From Macrostomum lignano (taxonomy: Eukaryota), in NCBI GenBank assembly GCA_002269645.1, contig NIVC01000102.1, positions 391,950 to 455,949 on the forward strand: a stretch of 64,000 nucleotides of DNA, given 5' to 3'. The notes under the pieces were generated by a model. It saw nothing but the letters and a program-made list of their open reading frames with translations, was not told where the DNA came from and ran no database searches. Both the position numbers and the translations under genes were made by a program. Positions 13,681 to 26,680 of the stretch are shown here, one piece after another. How positions within the stretch are numbered: position 1 is the first letter of the stretch; every line of letters starts with the position of its first letter.

Positions 13681-14659
13681 TCTCAAAAACGCCCTTCATC
13701 AACTAAAAACGAAGCGGAGTTATTAAAGACAATAAACTGCATTTTACACGGGCAAGTGACAGCTAATAAATAAAACAATTCAACAACAAATTAGTCGTGT
13801 TTGAACCAATTTATTCAACGAGATGAGTAGAAATATATAGTTTATTATCAAATTTACAATAATTATAAAGTTTCACATCATAACTTAGGCTTTATTAAAC
13901 TACATTTAGCTTGCATATATCCAACAAATCAATCTGTCTGCAATCAAGCCAGTCTAAATTATTTGATTGATAGAACAAACTTATATTATGCGGATACAAT
14001 AGCATGAAATAGTATAGATACTACTATTGATCACAAGCTAGTCAGTAGCAATTAGCGGATAGATGCAGCCAAGTATATATATGTATAAACTTATATCATA
14101 ATCAGATTTGAAAATTTCGACAAGGAAAACTATGAATAAAGAACACACGGAGACAAAAAATGTTTATTTGTTATAACTGAATCATATTATATAATAATTC
14201 TTTTAAAATTCTGTACAACACAGAAGAGATGACGAACAAAAGAAAAGAGAAGAAATTATGCAAGTTTTTGAGAGTCCAAAAATATAGAATATTGACAGTT
14301 TTTCAATTTTTATTCGTAATCAAAACGGTAGGTAGCAACAGATACGATTAGCTAGACAGGGCAATTCAATCGGCAGTTCAAATCTCTGGATAAATATTTA
14401 TATTATAGACTTAAGATTAAGAAAAAATCAACATCGCATAATCGACTTTTAATCTGTGATTTTTCTTCTTTTGCTTAATAATAACGCAAAAATTGGTTAA
14501 CAATGCATGCAACAGAGACGGCTTGTGCAATACAATATTGGGCACTGTTCTGCTTTGGTAGCAAGGGGGTGGAAAGTTGATTTACTTGCAGATTATTTAA
14601 TAAATTAAAAATGTTCACGGTTCTGCTTTTAATAAGCTTAGGGGTGACCGTGAAGGGAG

Positions 14660-15055
14660 CTCAGTCTCCCAGCTGTGTCCTTCATCCCAGTCTCCCAACT
14701 GTGTCCTTCATCCCAGTCTCCTAATTGTGTCCTTCATCCCAGTCTCCTAATTGTGTCCTTCATCCCAGTCTCCCAGCTGTGTCCTTCATCCCAGTCTCCT
14801 AACTGTGTCCTTCATCCCAGTCTCCCAGCTGTGTCCTTCATCCCAGTCTCCTAACTGTGTCCTTCATCCCAGTCTCCCAGCTGTGTCCTTCATCCCAGTC
14901 TCCCAGCTGTGTCCTTCATCCCAGTCTCCTAATTGTGTCCTTCACCCCAGTCTCCCAGCTGTGTCCTTCATCCCAGTCTCCTAACTGTGTCCTTCATCCC
15001 AGTCTCCTAACCGTGTCCTTCATCTCCTTCATCCCAGTCTCCCAACTGTGTCCCT
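14660..15055. repeat. 26-bp minisatellite of the same family as 12770-13680
   Basis: tgtgtccttcatcccagtctcc(c/t)a(a/g)c tandem units. Confidence 0.95.
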
Positions 15056-15380
15056 GAAGCGATCATGGAGGGGGGATTGAGAGGCGGATTAAGAAATAAA
15101 GTTAGCTTAGAATATTTATTGAGAGGTTTTAGAGACAATTTAAATAGTTTTTTTTCTAAAAATAACAATAATTATTAATCCCCATACTGAAAATTGACTC
15201 CAAGCGGTTAAAAACAGTAGCAACAGTAGTTAAGAACAGAACATTACAGCATGTTAATATAATATATAATAAATATGTTCGTAAAAATGAAAGAGAAACA
15301 CATGCTTACTACTATGTTAAATATTTCATAACAGGCTCGGGTGCGCCCCAGATCAGCTGGGCTTACAGATCGACAGAGGC

Positions 15381-15812
15381 TCACTTGCAGCAGCCGCCGC
15401 CTCTGGAGCCAGCCTCGCCTCCGGCTGCCGCACCGCCGCCTTGCAGCCGCTGGCCGCCGCCGCCGCCAGCGCCGCCGGCTCCCATGCCGACATCGCCAAG
15501 CTGAGTGAGCCGCTTAGCAACAGACAAGAACAAATCGTTAACATTCATAGCAGTCTTGGCGCTGGCCTCCATAAAGATCAAGCCTTTGTCGTCTGCAAAC
15601 TGCTGGGCCTCATTGAGGTCAACCAGCCGCTGCTGCTGCAAGTCAACCTTGTTGCCAGCCAGAGCCACAACTTTCACCGCGGTGGCTTTTTCGTTTAGTT
15701 CGCGTATCCACGATTTGGCCCGCTGGAAGCTGTCGGCGCTGGTGATGTCGTACACTACAATGGCCGCCTGGGCGCCGCGGTAGTACATTGGCGCCAGAGA
15801 GTTGTAGCGCTC
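15381..15812 (-). CDS. RAB5: Rab5 GTPase, coding exon 2
   Basis: Acceptor catcag|GAG; [34 protein letters not shown] and C-terminal CCK prenylation motif; joins exon 1 in phase 0 (210 aa total). Confidence 0.95.
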   Translation of the reverse strand, partial: ERYNSLAPMYYRGAQAAIVVYDITSADSFQRAKSWIRELNEKATAVKVVALAGNKVDLQQQRLVDLNEAQQFADDKGLIFMEASAKTAMNVNDLFLSVAKRLTQLGDVGMGAGGAGGGGGQRLQGGGAAAGGEAGSRGGGCCK

Positions 15813-16511
15813 CTGATGGCGTGGTGTGAGAAAGGTAATACCTTAATCGGCTGATATTAGTAATTACCTTTGAAATACCCTGTGAACCCGATGAGAATGG
15901 TACATAGGGCCAAGAAGCGCAGGTAACACAGGTGAAACAGGAAAGAAGGGACTCTTATACGACTCAAAAATGACAAGATGTCCCGATGCACTACCAATTT
16001 GATTTGGAAACCGCATTGATTTAACTTGGCTGTGTGCACCCTGGCGCACTTTAAGCGAAATTGACACACAATCGGCGAGAGGCATAGCTGCCCATTCCGT
16101 CGACTCCCCTGAGCAGTCATACACACAGGCACACACTCAAACAGGAGTGTAACAGCGGCCCTAACTTTATTTATCATTAGGTATGTACACTTCACTGTGC
16201 CTTGGGTATAGGCCCTCTAAATAGCTTTATAAATGACACGCGCAGAGCCAAGCCGAGATTCCAATTTAGCCACGACAAAAAAAGGCTAAAAGGACTATGG
16301 TTGGAACTTGTTTGCTGCCCAAAAGCCACATTCTTCTGGAAATACTACGGGGTAGATTAAGGTTTACTTAAGGATCCAGATCCCAGATTGTAAGGTCATT
16401 TAATGACAGACCAGATAAGATAACAAATATAGGTCCCCATCACAAGACTACAATAGAATTGAGTGCATAAAAAGAACACAAAGTACTTTTTAAATAAATA
16501 ATTCAACTAAC

Positions 16512-16712
16512 CTGACCGGCAGTGTCCCAGATTTCAAATTTAACTGTAACATCGTCCACAACCACAGTCTGGGTTAGAAAAGCTGCGCCAATGGTGGACT
16601 CCTGGTATTCGTGAAACTGGCCCTTAACAAATCGAAGCACTAAAGACGATTTGCCAACAGCAGACTCGCCAAGTAGGACAAGCTTAAACTGGCATTGTCG
16701 GCCTGTCTGCAT
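16512..16712 (-). CDS. RAB5: Rab5 GTPase, coding exon 1
   Basis: [54 protein letters not shown]; donor CAG|gttagt. Confidence 0.95.
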
Positions 16713-18429
16713 CTTGTGTTCTTTTAATCTTTGTTTATTTTTAAAAGAGCTCTCCAATCTAAGTAATGCTGGGATTGGTTACAAGCAATTCTACACTGAT
16801 AGTTGATTATGTAGTGCCCTTAAATATTGATGAAATTATTGCATGCAACAGAGATAGACAATTAATGCATATTGTCAAAGTGAGAATATGTTGATAAATA
16901 TTAAAGTATATAACAATGCTGATTATAGAAAATTTGGCATCTAACTGTTAGTATAAAAAATCTAATTTGCCTTTAAATAAAGGAAAAACCATCTTTTGTG
17001 GTTTAAACATTTTTTTCAATTTTGCTCACTACAATTTAAACTATAAATTATGTTACTATATATAACATAAATGATGAATAGTGAACTTCAAACTATTTTA
17101 CTAAGAAATTAAAGCAGTCTATTCACTTTTTGTGGTTACTAAAACTCTAACAAGTTTCAAAGGGTCAAATTCCTATGAATTGACCTCTTCACACTATCAA
17201 GCTCAACTGGACTATGCTAGTTCTTGATTTAAATGTGTATAAATATAAGCACTCTAGGAGCCAAAAACCTTAAGACTTGGAGGGGTCCCAAAGAGACTAA
17301 AAAGGAAAAATAAATCACTGGCACTTCAACTCTAAGCAAAGATCATACTGTCTGATAAACATTGTTAGTCTTCATTTTTATTACCTTTTAAATTAGTTAA
17401 AGGCCTTCATATTTAAGAGATTGGATAGGATCTTTTGGACTTATTCTAATACCAGATAGGGGCACAAAAATTTAATATAGGCAGTTTTAAAGAAGATGCC
17501 TTTTTTGGAGGACCTGATTGCAAATTTGGTAACCTTATCAAGGCATATCAATGTTTGACCTTGGAGTTCAATGAATAAAATAAGGCTCTGACAAATGAAA
17601 TTCTTGAATACAAAAGTTGCTCTTATGCAAGTGGCTAATTTCTAATTTAATTGCTAATTGCTCATTCTAATTGCTAATTTCAGACCTAGAGAATAGACCT
17701 ATGTATATAGACAAGCAATAAATAAGTCTCTCTCTTTCTTATTCTACTAAACTTACATTGGATTAGTTTTATTCATTATTTTCTTTATAATGATATTTGA
17801 TATTTCACTTTTTCAATTATGCTATGATTAAAATCAGGTATTTTTTCAAAGTCTACTATCGATAATACTAAAATTGCTAAGTGCTAGCTGTATACAAATA
17901 CATGCCCTATAATATTTGCAAACACCACAGAACTATGGCCCCATGTTGAAAATTTCCACAAAGAAATGCTTTCTAGGTTAGAGTTGGTTAAATTTTTGTG
18001 CTAAAAATGAAAACTTGCTATTTCCATATATTTTTAAAAAGCCTTGTCAAATAATAAAAACATTTCCTAATTTTTGATATTTGACTTGAAAAGTCATTGG
18101 TCCATTATTCTACATGCATGTATAATGCCAATATAATTTTTATAACCATTGCCCTTATGAACATTGCCCTTTGATCTACCATCTTTTTAATTGGTTCCTA
18201 TGACCTTTCCTTCTTTGTATATGCCATAATTTTCTAGCATTAATATATACTATAAAATTTGTTTTGAAAGTTTGCAATCAAACATGCATATATTTTTGGA
18301 GTTACTACTTTGTCTTGAAACTTTATACCATAGACAAATATTATACCCTAAATGTTTTAAAGCAAGAGTGCTTTTGTTTAAGCCAGGTATTTCCTTTTTG
18401 CAATGTTTTTAGTTACACACTTTTTTCAC

Positions 18430-19260
18430 TATGCAAAATAACAAAGAAGAAAAGAAGTTTCTATGAAAGCCAAAGAAGCAACAAGTGGAAATTATTTGCA
18501 AAGTACAAGCAATCTATAGTGAATATGCACTATCAAAACCCATTGTCAACAAGTGGGTACAGCATCTAAAGATGACTAGGAGATAGTGATAACCTTCCAT
18601 GGAGCAGCCAGCCTGCCACCATGGTCAATAGGTCAAACATTGTGCTTATATATCATGTTCTAGGTGTTGACTGCCATATCACAGTGCAAGAGTTGTAAAC
18701 CATTACAAGCATCTCATTAATGACTATTCACTCAATCCTAACAATTGAACTTGGTATATTGTGCATTGTTGCTTATTGGGTCCCAAAACTTTTGACTAAC
18801 CAATAGTAGCGAGAGTGGGTCTAGGTGTTTTAGTAGCTCTTTAAGTCATATTGTAGTGATCCCAACTTTTTGAATAGAATTATGTTTGGGGATAAATCCT
18901 GGTTCTATTATAGTAAGCCAAAAAGTATGATATAGAATAGACTTATGTGGAAGGCTAGCCATGAGCCTATACTTGTCAAGACCTTGGCTGCACTTTCAGC
19001 TAGCTGGCAAACAAATAGCCACTAGCTTCTAGGACAAAGAGGGCATTTTACTTATCAAATGGCTTCCCTATAGTGCCACAATCAATAATGAATACTATAG
19101 GCCTATTTAAGTCCTATAGAAGTTGCATAATGCTGCTTTAGACATAGGCTTCCAAGTGCTACCAAACCCACCCTACTTACTAGACCTTGCATTTAGTGAC
19201 TTGGTTATTTGGGAAAATGAAAAAAACATATCCAAATTTGCCAATATAGCTTTCTATAGA
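18430..19260 (+). mobile_element. Degenerate mariner (Tc1/mariner) transposase
   Basis: Remnant motifs: QAIYSEYALSKPIVNKW (HTH), WVPKLL (18777; WVPHEL), GDKSW (18888; GDESW), PPYLLDLAFSD (19168; PPYSPDLAPSD); many stops. Confidence 0.85.
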
Positions 19261-19443
19261 TCCTGGCATTGACTATTAGCCAGGGTAATAGTCTACTTTA
19301 GTAATAGCCACTTTGGTAACAAGTGAGAATAACAATATATAGTGATTGATATGCTCCAAAAATGTGCAAATAAACTTAAAGGAAATAAAGACAAAAAAAT
19401 TATTGAGATACATTCTTGCACACTTCAAGAGATTTTGATTGAT

Positions 19444-20210
19444 GGGCCATTCCATATAATTATGGTCGTAACATGACAGACTATTTTTACTTATAAAATG
19501 AAATCTAATAATAGAATATACTAAACCAATATTTTGAATGAAAGATTATTTTGTCAAGAATATGTTTATAAAGTTTCATATAGATATCATCATTAGTATA
19601 GATGTTATTAAACCTTGAATAGCACTTATGGTCGTAACAACAGGATTTTTGACATATAGAAACTAAAAGATAAAAGTCTTATAAAATTTTTCATTTTTGA
19701 TATTTTGCAATAATTTTTTTTAAATTTGACTAAGAACATCTTTAGAAGTCATACTCTTTTATTAGAATATATAAACTCAAAAAGGCAACAAAGATACAAA
19801 AGAAAAGCCAGCCTTATGGTCGTAACATTATGGTTGTAACATATTTTTTTCTGTCAATTCAGTAACTTTGAAGTACTAATATATTAAAAATATAATAGAT
19901 TATATGGTTGCTAATGTTTTTATCCGATGATGCAAGTACTATAATTTTATATATAGCTTTCTATTTTTTTTTAAAAGGTACATAAACTTAATGATGTCTT
20001 TTGCTTAGAAAATGTCCAATTTTTTACAAAAATAACTTTTTGCCAATTGATAACATACTAATCCAACATTTTATCATTTATTTTTTCTTAGATTGTACAC
20101 ATTACATACAAAAAAGATTTGGTAAAAAAATTGGCTGATAAGGCAATGACAAGCAAAAATATTGACTTTTTTCTTTTTTCCAAATATGTCCATCTTATAT
20201 GGAATGGGCT
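19444..20210. mobile_element. Non-autonomous TIR DNA element with 4-bp TSD (Sola-like by TSD length, tentative)
   Basis: Ends gggccattccatataa / ttatatggaatgggct; tgat on both flanks; internal tatggtcgtaaca repeats; partial copy at 26040-26150. Confidence 0.7.
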
Positions 20211-20974
20211 TGATGCAGAAAACTATTTGTTTGTTTTAACAATTTTTTTTTAATTACTGGGTTTATTAGATGTAGGCACTAATAGACATCTTGTAATTGT
20301 CATAGTTTGGAAGGCAATATATATGCCAGGATTTCTTAGCATATAACAAGGGCCTTATTATTTTTCAGCATACATAAAGATATCCTAGTATACATAACAT
20401 AGTAGATACATTGTGTCTAAGGACAAAATTTTTGTATTGGTACACAAATCTTATATGCACTAATACACAATCTGAACTATGATATAACTGATCAAATATT
20501 TTATACATTAGAATCTAAGTTAGCAACTTGAAATGACAAAATCTACTTTTTTCTACTATAACTACTTACAAAATTTTAATTTTCAATATGCATTTGATTA
20601 GGAGCCTAATTTTCTTTGCCTTCAATTTTTTTACAAAGTTAGGTTAGATATATAAGTTGAAATAAATAATACAGTTTAACTAGAAAATTAAACCATGGGT
20701 AACAATAAAATATTTAAGATGCTAATAAATAAAATAATTTAAATTATTGCTAAAGTTGATTACTAAAAAGATATACTAATAGTGTTGACAGTTACACTTA
20801 TTTCTAAGCTAATGGGTTTAAGGCCAAGGGGTCACCTACCAATTTTTATGTTGCTAACATTGAGAGGTTGCCTAAAAGATGACATAAACACATAAGTCTC
20901 AAAGATAGGGCCTACCTATATTAAGAAGTAGAATAATAGATAAAGTAGGGCCTAATATTTAACATTTGTTTATC

Positions 20975-22955
20975 TAGTAATTGGTTGTTTTGCCTATAAA
21001 CCATTTTGGCCGTGGACATTTTACCCCCAGACCATTTCACTCACAGACTATTTTGCCCACAGACTGTTTTGGCCATGGACCATTTTGCCTCCAATTTGGA
21101 CCAGGGTTGAAATGAACAAAGTCATGAGCTGAGAGTAATTTTGCCGCAAAGTTATGTCACTTTTGTGCCTGCCGCATCATGCCATTCCAATGGCCTTTTC
21201 TAATCTGCTATGTAGAGCTGCCACCAGCCAAGAATCGTAGCATTGAATATCCTACATCTAGGAAACATGGATTAGGAGCTTAATGTGGCCACCGGCATCA
21301 TGGTCATCTTACTGCCAGCTGTATAGGACAAACAACAATGCTGAAGGTTGGCACAACCATCTGAACTGAAAGGCCACTTGCGGTTTTCTTAAGTTTTACT
21401 ACCTCTTGCTACTAATCAACAGTGAGTATCAGCAAATTCCACTTATAGCTAGGCTTTTCATAGAAGGAAAGGTGCTTTGTCTAAGGAGATGGACATATTG
21501 AAGACAGCAAGAGCAGCTGGAAAAACTCTGGGATGAGCTGGCTGGACTCCACTGGTATCACAAGTTCCTCGGTCTCAACATTTCTGTCCAGCACTCTACC
21601 CTTACTTTTGCTAAGTAACTTGATCAGGGTTTTACACTTTGTGCTTTGATTGAAATGACTAATTTTATACAGCATTTTAACTTTTATACTTTATCATATT
21701 AGAGCTCGAACGGGAGCAGAATTTTCGGGATCGGGCGGGATTGGGATTGAAAATAATTTCGGGATCGGGATTCGGGATTAGTATTTGGGATTTGGGAATC
21801 CGGGATCTGGGAATATATTACTTACTAACTAATGAATCAAGGATTCAAAGATAGTTTTATCTGACTATCTATGCTATTCAGCCTTGATGGTTAATCTAAT
21901 AGCTCTAGCCTAATGCCCTAATAGTCAATACTAATTGTCAATTCTTGATCCAGACCCTTTTTGCAAAGTATAGTTAACTTTCGAGTGCCTAAATAAAAAG
22001 GAATCAAGAGCCATTGTAGACTTTTTCTGAAAGTAAGAGTTACAAGGTGGCTAAAAATTGCACGAAAGGCACGAAAGGCGAATATTGAATTGCGTTAGTT
22101 ATACTGCTTTTTTCTTGTAAAATTCTGTTTCTGGAATCGCTTCATGAAAAATGTATTAAACATTCGCCGACACTTATTCAGACACTTCTACAGACACTTT
22201 AGTTTCTGTCGTACGAATCGTAGGAACAAGCATTAAATTTGTTTATTCCTAACAAACTATCATTACTTGTTAGTTCGTTATTTACAAGTACAACTCTTTA
22301 CAAATCTGTTACTAAGTAAAAATCTGCTGCTTTATTTGGTGAATTCAAGGTCAGACTTTCAACATATTTATAGTTGCTGTTACAAAAATTAGCTTAGTAT
22401 TGATTACTGCTCTTGATTGTTGAAAGCATCATCTTCATTATCAATCTATTGTGCTCCCGAATCCCAAGTTCTCTAAGCCTTCGGGATCCCGATCCCGAAT
22501 TCCCGAAAAATCTTCGGGATCCCAAGAATTCGAGATTGGGATCAGGATCCAGTTTGAGCTCTAATTATGTTTTTATGCTTTGTGCTTTAATTGACTGAAA
22601 AATCCTTTCTCACCCTCTAATTGTACAAATTGGTTTAAATAATTGACAGAATGACTTTAAAAAAACTTATAATTTAATTCACAATTGTAATAAACAAAAT
22701 TGCAAAATTGCAATTGCAATAAAACAATTGTTGTGGCAACAATTCAGATCATATTTTAATACAAATTAAAACTATAAATTAGTATTGAAAAAAGAAAATA
22801 AAGATATGGGGCCTACATGTATAACTGTATCTCTAAAATACATAATCACCATTAGGCTAAAATGCCCATTACCAAACTGGTTTATAGGCAAAATGGTCTT
22901 GGGGCAAAATGTACATGGCCAAAATGGTTTGGGGGCAAAACAACTGGAATTCATT
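20975..22955 (+). mobile_element. Deleted Mutator-like (MULE) element
   Basis: Inverted arms built of ccattttgcc units (20980-21110, 22860-22955); transposase remnant WPPASWSSY..RTNNNAEGWHNHLN at about 21290-21366. Confidence 0.7.
21700..22563. mobile_element. hAT-like MITE nested in the MULE
   Basis: TIRs tagagctcgaacggga / reverse complement tagagctcaaactgga; subterminal cgggat repeats in opposite orientation at the two ends; no clean TSD. Confidence 0.7.
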
Positions 22956-24210
22956 TATCTAGGCGCCCTATTAGGCTTACACACAATTAATTGTAGACTT
23001 TTCATTTCAAACAACCTTTGTATCTAGAGTTTAGATTTAGTTAGGGCCTATCTGATGATTAGGCCTAAAAATAATAATAATAACTTTATATTAGGCCTAG
23101 TTGACATTTTGCCACTTTGTCTTTAATAGGCCTAGCCAAAAAATGCCTAATAGGCGTATAATAGTCAGACAGGCCTATTGAATGAAACTTAAAAGTATAG
23201 CTGGGTAGCCTACACCCCCCTAGTATTGCAATTGGCAATATTAAAACTATAGGCCTAGTAAATACCTTTGAGCTGGCTCGGGTTTAAAAAACGTGGCTAA
23301 GACTAAGCATTTTCAGCTTTAGTTTCAGGGTGCTTTTGAGAATTAGCATCTCGGAAGATTGTTCGCCAATTTTAAGCTTGGTCTAACTATAATTGTCAAA
23401 CTAAACCGCGAATCAAATTGGTTGATTTGAGATTCTTTCTAGAATCTAGCTAGGCCCCTAGGATTATGCATAATTCAAGGAACAAAACGAAAAGATAAAA
23501 ATAAAAAACGTCAATTCATATACTTGTGGTAGCAATTTTGGCTTCATCAAGCCATCTAGATAGTCTAATTTGATACTATTAAGTAATAATTGCAATAGGG
23601 GGCCTACTAAATTATGCTCCCAAAAAGGCACCTCAAAGGCGTTTAATTAAGAATTACACCGAAACCCTGCATGTTAAAAAATCGTTATTATAAACTTACA
23701 TTAACAAAGAATACTAAAGTTAGTAAGTTTTTTAAATAAAAACACAAATATCTTTACTGCAATTTTAATTTTTTTTACTTTAAAATACTTTAATGCACTT
23801 TGAAATAAAAAAATTATTTGAGCTACCGTAAGTTTAAAACCATTTTTTCTTACAAATTCAGGACAATTTATACATTTTGGTGTTTAAAAAGAAAAAACTT
23901 AGTCGTTCAAGTTTGGAAATCTGTCCCAATTAATCTGTAAAGCAGTAAATCGTGTTTTGTTCAATAGAATTTTCTATTACAATCACAATGAATAGACTAA
24001 TCAACTTTCGTTCTTGCGCGCGAAACATCGATGATGGAACTTTTTTTCTTGTAAGTTTTTACTCCTGTATTATTTATATAGTACCACCTTCTACTACTAC
24101 TCGAATTTTGAACTAAAATATTAGTTTGCGATTGATTTTAAACAGAAGTTTGTGGTTTGCAATTTTTCATATTTAGTTAATATATTTTTAGTATACAACA
24201 TAGGCCTACT

Positions 24211-24769
24211 CCATAGTCAGGATCATGTCATGGTATACGCTGCCCCAGAATAAAAAGTCCCCTAAAAAATCTACGCCAATTCATACTGAAACGTATGCCA
24301 AGGTCCTATGAACGTACGCCAGGTTTTCTAGGCTTTGCGACAATAAATGACCTTTTTTGCATTTTTTAACAATTTTAACAATAAAAATTTAATGAATGTA
24401 TGGTTTTCATTTAAAGTAAATTGGCTTACAGATAATGCCAACAAAAATCTTTTTTGTTGAAGTTTTTTTTAGAAAATTACACAATTAGTTTGCCTGGAAT
24501 TTTAAATTTTTATAACTCGCAAATAGTTATGAACTTTCATCTTACAAGTTTTATGGTTTTTATGATTTTATAATAAGATTCTGAGGTTATGGCATTATGT
24601 GTGAAGGTTGGAGTTGGCATATGCTGCTTGGCATATTTACGCCACCCCGTCACACCAAAAGGTACGCCAAATATATTTTGCTTCATTTTTTAAGCCAATA
24701 TGCAAAAAAGTAAAATTTTCAATTGTACACCGGAAATTTCTGGCATAATGTATATCATCCTGACTATGG
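24211..24769. mobile_element. MITE
   Basis: TIR ccatagtcaggat(c/g)a at both ends; shares the gacaataaatgaccttttt motif with the 25356-26680 element. Confidence 0.65.
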
Positions 24770-25355
24770 GGCCTACTTATATATTCAGGCATAGTAAAGC
24801 ATAGTCTGGGTATGCGGTTAAATGCAGAATCTGTAGCGGAATCATAAGGGAATAGCACAGTAAAATGCAAAATACATAGCAGAATGGTAAAATGCAGAAT
24901 CAACTGCAGAATATAATATCTTGAAGTTAAATACAAAATATAAGAATCAAAAAATGTAATTTAAAATATATATAGCTTTGCCAGCCTACAGCAATGTAAC
25001 TTAGTAATTGTATAAAAAAGATATGTAAAGAAATTTTAGTATGATTCTATATTAAGCATAAGGCAAACTGAACTAAAAATAGCAGCATCTATTAGACTTT
25101 ACTCATAATGGTAATATAGGTTCTCTTGTGAATAATAGGCCCTATGGCTAATTAGTGTTGAAAATTATTATCATAATTTTCTCTCTAGTAGTTTAGTACA
25201 ATTTTGAAAGCTTTTATAAGATTATATATAATAGATCATAATGCACTTCAGCTACTTTGCATTTGCATTTTAGTTAAAGTTAGTGGATTCCATTGCTCAT
25301 TCTATATTTTACTATTTTGCTATGGATTCCACATTTTATTGGGTGCCTATAGGCC

Positions 25356-26680
25356 TAGTCCAGATCATGCTGGGTTCATGCCCAGACAAAAACAGAATAA
25401 TTATAAATGCACGCCAAAAAAAATTGAATGCATGCCCATTCTCAAAAATATGCCAATGTTGCAACAATTAAATGACCTTATTTACTTTGTGACAATAAAT
25501 GACCTTTTTAAATTGTATAATAAACCTTTATTAGCAAATAATTTGGTTGATGTTTTTGCTTCTTTGGCAATTTTATTTATAGCAAAAAATTGATATCTGC
25601 AAAGATTTGTTTAAATGCTTTTTATAAGCTTAAAAAAACTGGAAAGCTTAAAATGTATGCTTAAAAATTAACTTCTTTCATTTTTTTATACTTTACAATA
25701 ATTCTTATGTGTGATTCTATAATTTGCATGCCAGGTATGCATATATGACACATACTATTTTCTTAGGAGTGATACATGCCAACTGTGCATACCTAATTTT
25801 GGCATGCAAGGCCAATGCACACTTGAATTTTCAGGTATATGCTACATGATCCAGAGTGTGGTAGTAGAGTCAGAACAAAAGTTGGCAGTTATTTTCATGG
25901 CTAAGAAGCCAGTGGGATAAGCTATCAATATAACCCAAGTGCCAAATAACATTTTTAGATTGGAAAAGAAGTGTAAAATTTTGTTTTTTTAATCATTTTG
26001 CTATAGCCCTATGGCTTACTCTAGAAGATCTATAGGGGCCATTCTATATAATTATGGTCGTAACATGACAGGCTATTTTTACTTATAAAATGAAATCTAA
26101 TAATAGAATATACTAAACCAATATTTTGAATAAAGGATTATTTTGCCAAGATTTATTATGCATGCCAAAAGTTGGCACGCATAATTGGTGTGCAAGACTT
26201 CTACAAAAATAGTATGCATACAATAAATGACTAGTGTGTACTAGTCATCTAGTGTAGTGTAATGTCAACTAGAGTACTAGTCACCTAGTGTGTACCTTTA
26301 TAGAATCACACAGAAGAGTTAGTGTTACTTGTAAATGGAAAAAGAATAATTTTAAAAGAAGTTAATTTTTAAGCATTAAATTTCAAGCTTTCCAGTTTTT
26401 AAGCTTATAACATAGCATTTAAGCAAAGGTTTATGTGTATCACAATTTTCTAGCAAAGATAATATATGCTAGAAAGATAAAAAGCAACCAAATTATCTGC
26501 TAAAAAGATTCTTTATGTGACAAAAAAGGTCATTTACTATCGCAATGCAAAAAAGGTCATTTATTGTCACAGTACCAGCATAGGTTTAAGAATGTACTCG
26601 TAGGTATGCACTAAATTTTTGGCATGCATTTGTAACTATTTATTTTTTGTTGAATTTTACACCAGGCTTGATCTAGACTA
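25356..26680. mobile_element. Foldback-like element with long inverted arms
   Basis: 25610-25690 is the reverse complement of 26345-26425; 25488 and 26540 motifs inverted; ends tagtccagatca / tagtctagatca. Confidence 0.75.

Noticed and set aside
13690-14650. Transposon inserted between the two 26-bp arrays
   Set aside because: Only a 7-bp inverted match (cccttca) and no TSD; better explained as 3' UTR
12734-15057. PSLPT/FIPVS-repeat ORFs
   Set aside because: Products of the 26-bp minisatellite
15857-16195. ORFs inside the Rab5 intron
   Set aside because: No homology; the flanking exons join perfectly without them
18264-18569. 101-aa ORF as a host gene
   Set aside because: Off-frame overlap with the decayed mariner element
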